Assembly: GCA_905178155.1 (NCBI GenBank)
Contig: CAJINV010000007.1
Span: 3,205,151 to 3,269,150, forward strand
Length of the DNA stretch: 64,000 nt
Reading direction: 5' to 3'
Source: Amoebophrya sp. A120
Taxonomy: Eukaryota > Protista > Dinoflagellata
The translations under genes and the position numbers were made by a program. The notes beneath the pieces are model-generated. The model ran no database searches. It was not told the DNA's origin and worked only from the letters and a program-made list of their open reading frames with translations. Shown in pieces: positions 61,583-64,000 of the stretch (its first letter is position 1; each line of letters opens with the position of its first letter).

Positions 61583-62316
61583 AGTGAATCTGTGATACGA
61601 ATGCTCGTGTGCACGGGTAAGTATGTTTTGCATTGCTTCATCTGCAAGCGAGGGTGATGATTTGAAAATTTTGGGAATTTCGCGACGAAGAAGGAAGTGG
61701 TTTGCGGTATTGAAGAAACCGACGTAAAATTTTGTCGTGGTTGAGTTCCATCTTCACAACGACACGTAAATGAAGTGGAGCGCTGACGAGCTTTCTTCTC
61801 GCGTTGAGCATGAAAAATATGAACGAGCTTTTCTGGGAAAAGAATATTGAAATACCCCGCGGGTTGGCGAGAGAAGCAGAAGCAGCACGTGCTATGCCAT
61901 CTGGTTCAGCGGAGGTGGCAGGACTTTTATTGACGCCGGCGCGTCTTCCACTTCCGGTTCCGGTGCACTGAAGAACCAGAATATCGAGTGTGCGAGAGCT
62001 GTCATAGTCATACGAGTCATGTCGTATACTTAGAAACACAACTATGATTCACCCGGAGAGACGCTGTGTTGTAGTGAAAATGGGGGACACACAGTGGATG
62101 TCGAGCTGAATGAAGGGTCGCATAATTTCGGAGACAGTCTAGTTGTTGAAGACAGTCTCGCTCCAAACGGGCGAACGATTTAACATTCAGCACCCATCCG
62201 AAAGCAAGTTGTGCAACCGATATACCCACCCCAAACAGAAACTTTACTGTACTGCTTTTCGTCCTTCTTTCGAATCCATCACAGTTTCCTCTCGCGCTCC
62301 AGAAATAAACAACAAG

Positions 62317-64000
62317 ATGGCGACTGAGGAGGCTCCCGTGAAGATCAGCCCCAAGTACGTGATTAAGCCGGCGAAAGACGTCGAGCCAGCCGAGGTGTTT
62401 TGCTGCAAATTTTCCCCGGACGACCAGAACCTGGCGGTGTCCTACGCCGATGGCACCATCCGGGTTTTCAACGCGGAAACGGGCAGTGAGGAATTCACGC
62501 TGAACAACCGGAAAGAGGAAGAATTCGCGAGCGAAGACGGCGGCGAGGGGGAGGATGACGCGCTTATACGGGCGTACTTTCTAAAATTGCATCATTGTTG
62601 CTCCTCGTCGACCTGTGTACCGTCGCATTGCTGTGTGCACGAAAAAATGAATGTCATGAGGAAAAAGTATAAGCATGAACATGATCTCCATAGTATGGGA
62701 CAAAGTCTACTATTTCTCAAAAATCACTATCAGGATGAAGCCCCCATGCTTCCCAACCACCCAAGTGCGATGGCGGCCATCCGGGTCGGAAAGTCGAACG
62801 AAAAATGTGTTGATCTCGGTGAACGCAGAAAACGACGGCGAAGTGCAGCACTGGCACATAAAGAGCGGAAAGTGCCTGCACACAATCGAAGAGAAGGGTA
62901 GAAAAACTTTCAAAATACTTGTTTCGCACAGTACGAATATAGAAAATCTCGATCAACAGGATCTTTTCGAATAGCATATCTGCATGATGCTACGTTTTCA
63001 AATAAAGAAAGATCCGTATCATGATCGCAAACGACTGTCCACACCAGATAACCAAATCTTCTGCCTGGACTACTATCACACGGGCGCGCTTTTCGCCACC
63101 GCTGGAAGGGACTACAAGGTTCGCGTGTACGACGAGGCCACGAAGCGGCTAACGACCACGCTGGAGGGCGGAGATTTCCAGAAAACCGCCGGACACTCAA
63201 ATCGAGTCTTCAGTGTAAAGTTCCATCCGTCAAACCCAAATCTCATCGTGTCAGCGGGATGGGACAACACGGTATGCAAACAGTTTGGGGCTTGATTTGC
63301 ACCACGCTTGACCCATGGATGCATGGAGATCCATCTTGTACTTGCGTGATGAGTTATCAGATTCGAATTTGCATCAGTTGGCGTTTCAGTTCAAGATCTC
63401 CACACAACTAAAATAAAGGTCCAAGTCTGGGACACGCGGAAAGGGCAAAGTATTCGGAGTATCTACGGGGCCTACATTTGCGGGGACGCTGTGGATTTGA
63501 ATCACGACGGGTCGGAAATTTTGACGGCTTCCTACAGAACAACGGTACAGAGAAGTTTTTTCGTTCTAGTCTTTCGGTTTTCTTTGCAGGTCGAAGAACA
63601 CACGACATCATAGTGCAGTGGTTTACAGTGACCATGGAAAACAAGAAAGACCAGTAAAAGTCTACTGTATCTAGCATCTGTAGCGCACATCACCTGTACT
63701 GCATCTGCTTTGCTGCATCACGGAACAAAGTTTACTCCAACAACCTCAGGATACGCTTCAAGTGTGGGACTTCGGCACGGGTAGCTTGAAGCAGACCATT
63801 CCGTGGCGACCACCAGGCCATCTGAGTAGCGCCGAGTGCATGGCGTTCGCAGCGCAATACTCGCAGCCGGACTCAAGGTATCAGACCTCTAATATCTAAC
63901 GTTGTTTCTTGGGTGTACAGAATTTCTTATTGCATTTTATGGCATCTCTCTTGCCGAGCTTGCAACAGCTTCTGGCTTTGACATGTCTCACCGAACGACA
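62317..64000 (+). CDS. WD40-repeat protein, truncated by the window end
   Basis: VFCCKFSPD..LAVSYADGTIRVF, FATAGRDYKVRVYD and GHSNRVFSVKF..VSAGWDNTVQVWD. GT-AG introns. Confidence 0.88.

Noticed and set aside
62576-62733. Apparent non-canonical intron in the last WD40 gene
   Set aside because: It resolves as canonical GC|GTAC...ATCAG|G, giving IRAMKPP in frame.
1-64000. Dinoflagellate spliced-leader relics, tRNA, rRNA or snRNA genes
   Set aside because: I saw no CCGTAGCCATTTTGGCTCAAG-like match, cloverleaf or rRNA signature by eye. Divergent ncRNAs cannot be excluded without covariance searches.

Overview
Eukaryotic, intron-rich genomic DNA read with the standard code. About 18 protein-coding genes are all on the + strand. 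Identifiable products include a tandem-CH-domain protein, a TPR protein, two WD40 proteins, an ASPDH-like dehydrogenase, NAA35/Mak10, a SMIM14-like protein, an M16A insulinase, a Mei2-like RRM protein, PFK-2/FBPase-2 and mitochondrial HslV; there is also a tandem pair of unknown paralogs. Co-oriented genes plus repeat-bounded non-canonical introns suggest a syndinian dinoflagellate such as Amoebophrya (inference only). The main signal is a set of seven 167-285 bp elements inside coding exons. Each starts 5'-TA and ends TA-3', has terminal inverted repeats (TIRs) and usually a 5-bp target-site duplication (TSD). Removing the element plus one TSD copy restores the reading frame, in several cases with no GT-AG pair in any register. 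One family occurs in both orientations relative to transcription, and a TT(G/C)TCATGC motif recurs in these and other introns. The window also holds a ~3 kb foldback-like element with inverted minisatellite arrays and two GC-rich non-coding islands. Exon boundaries were read by eye and are approximate.
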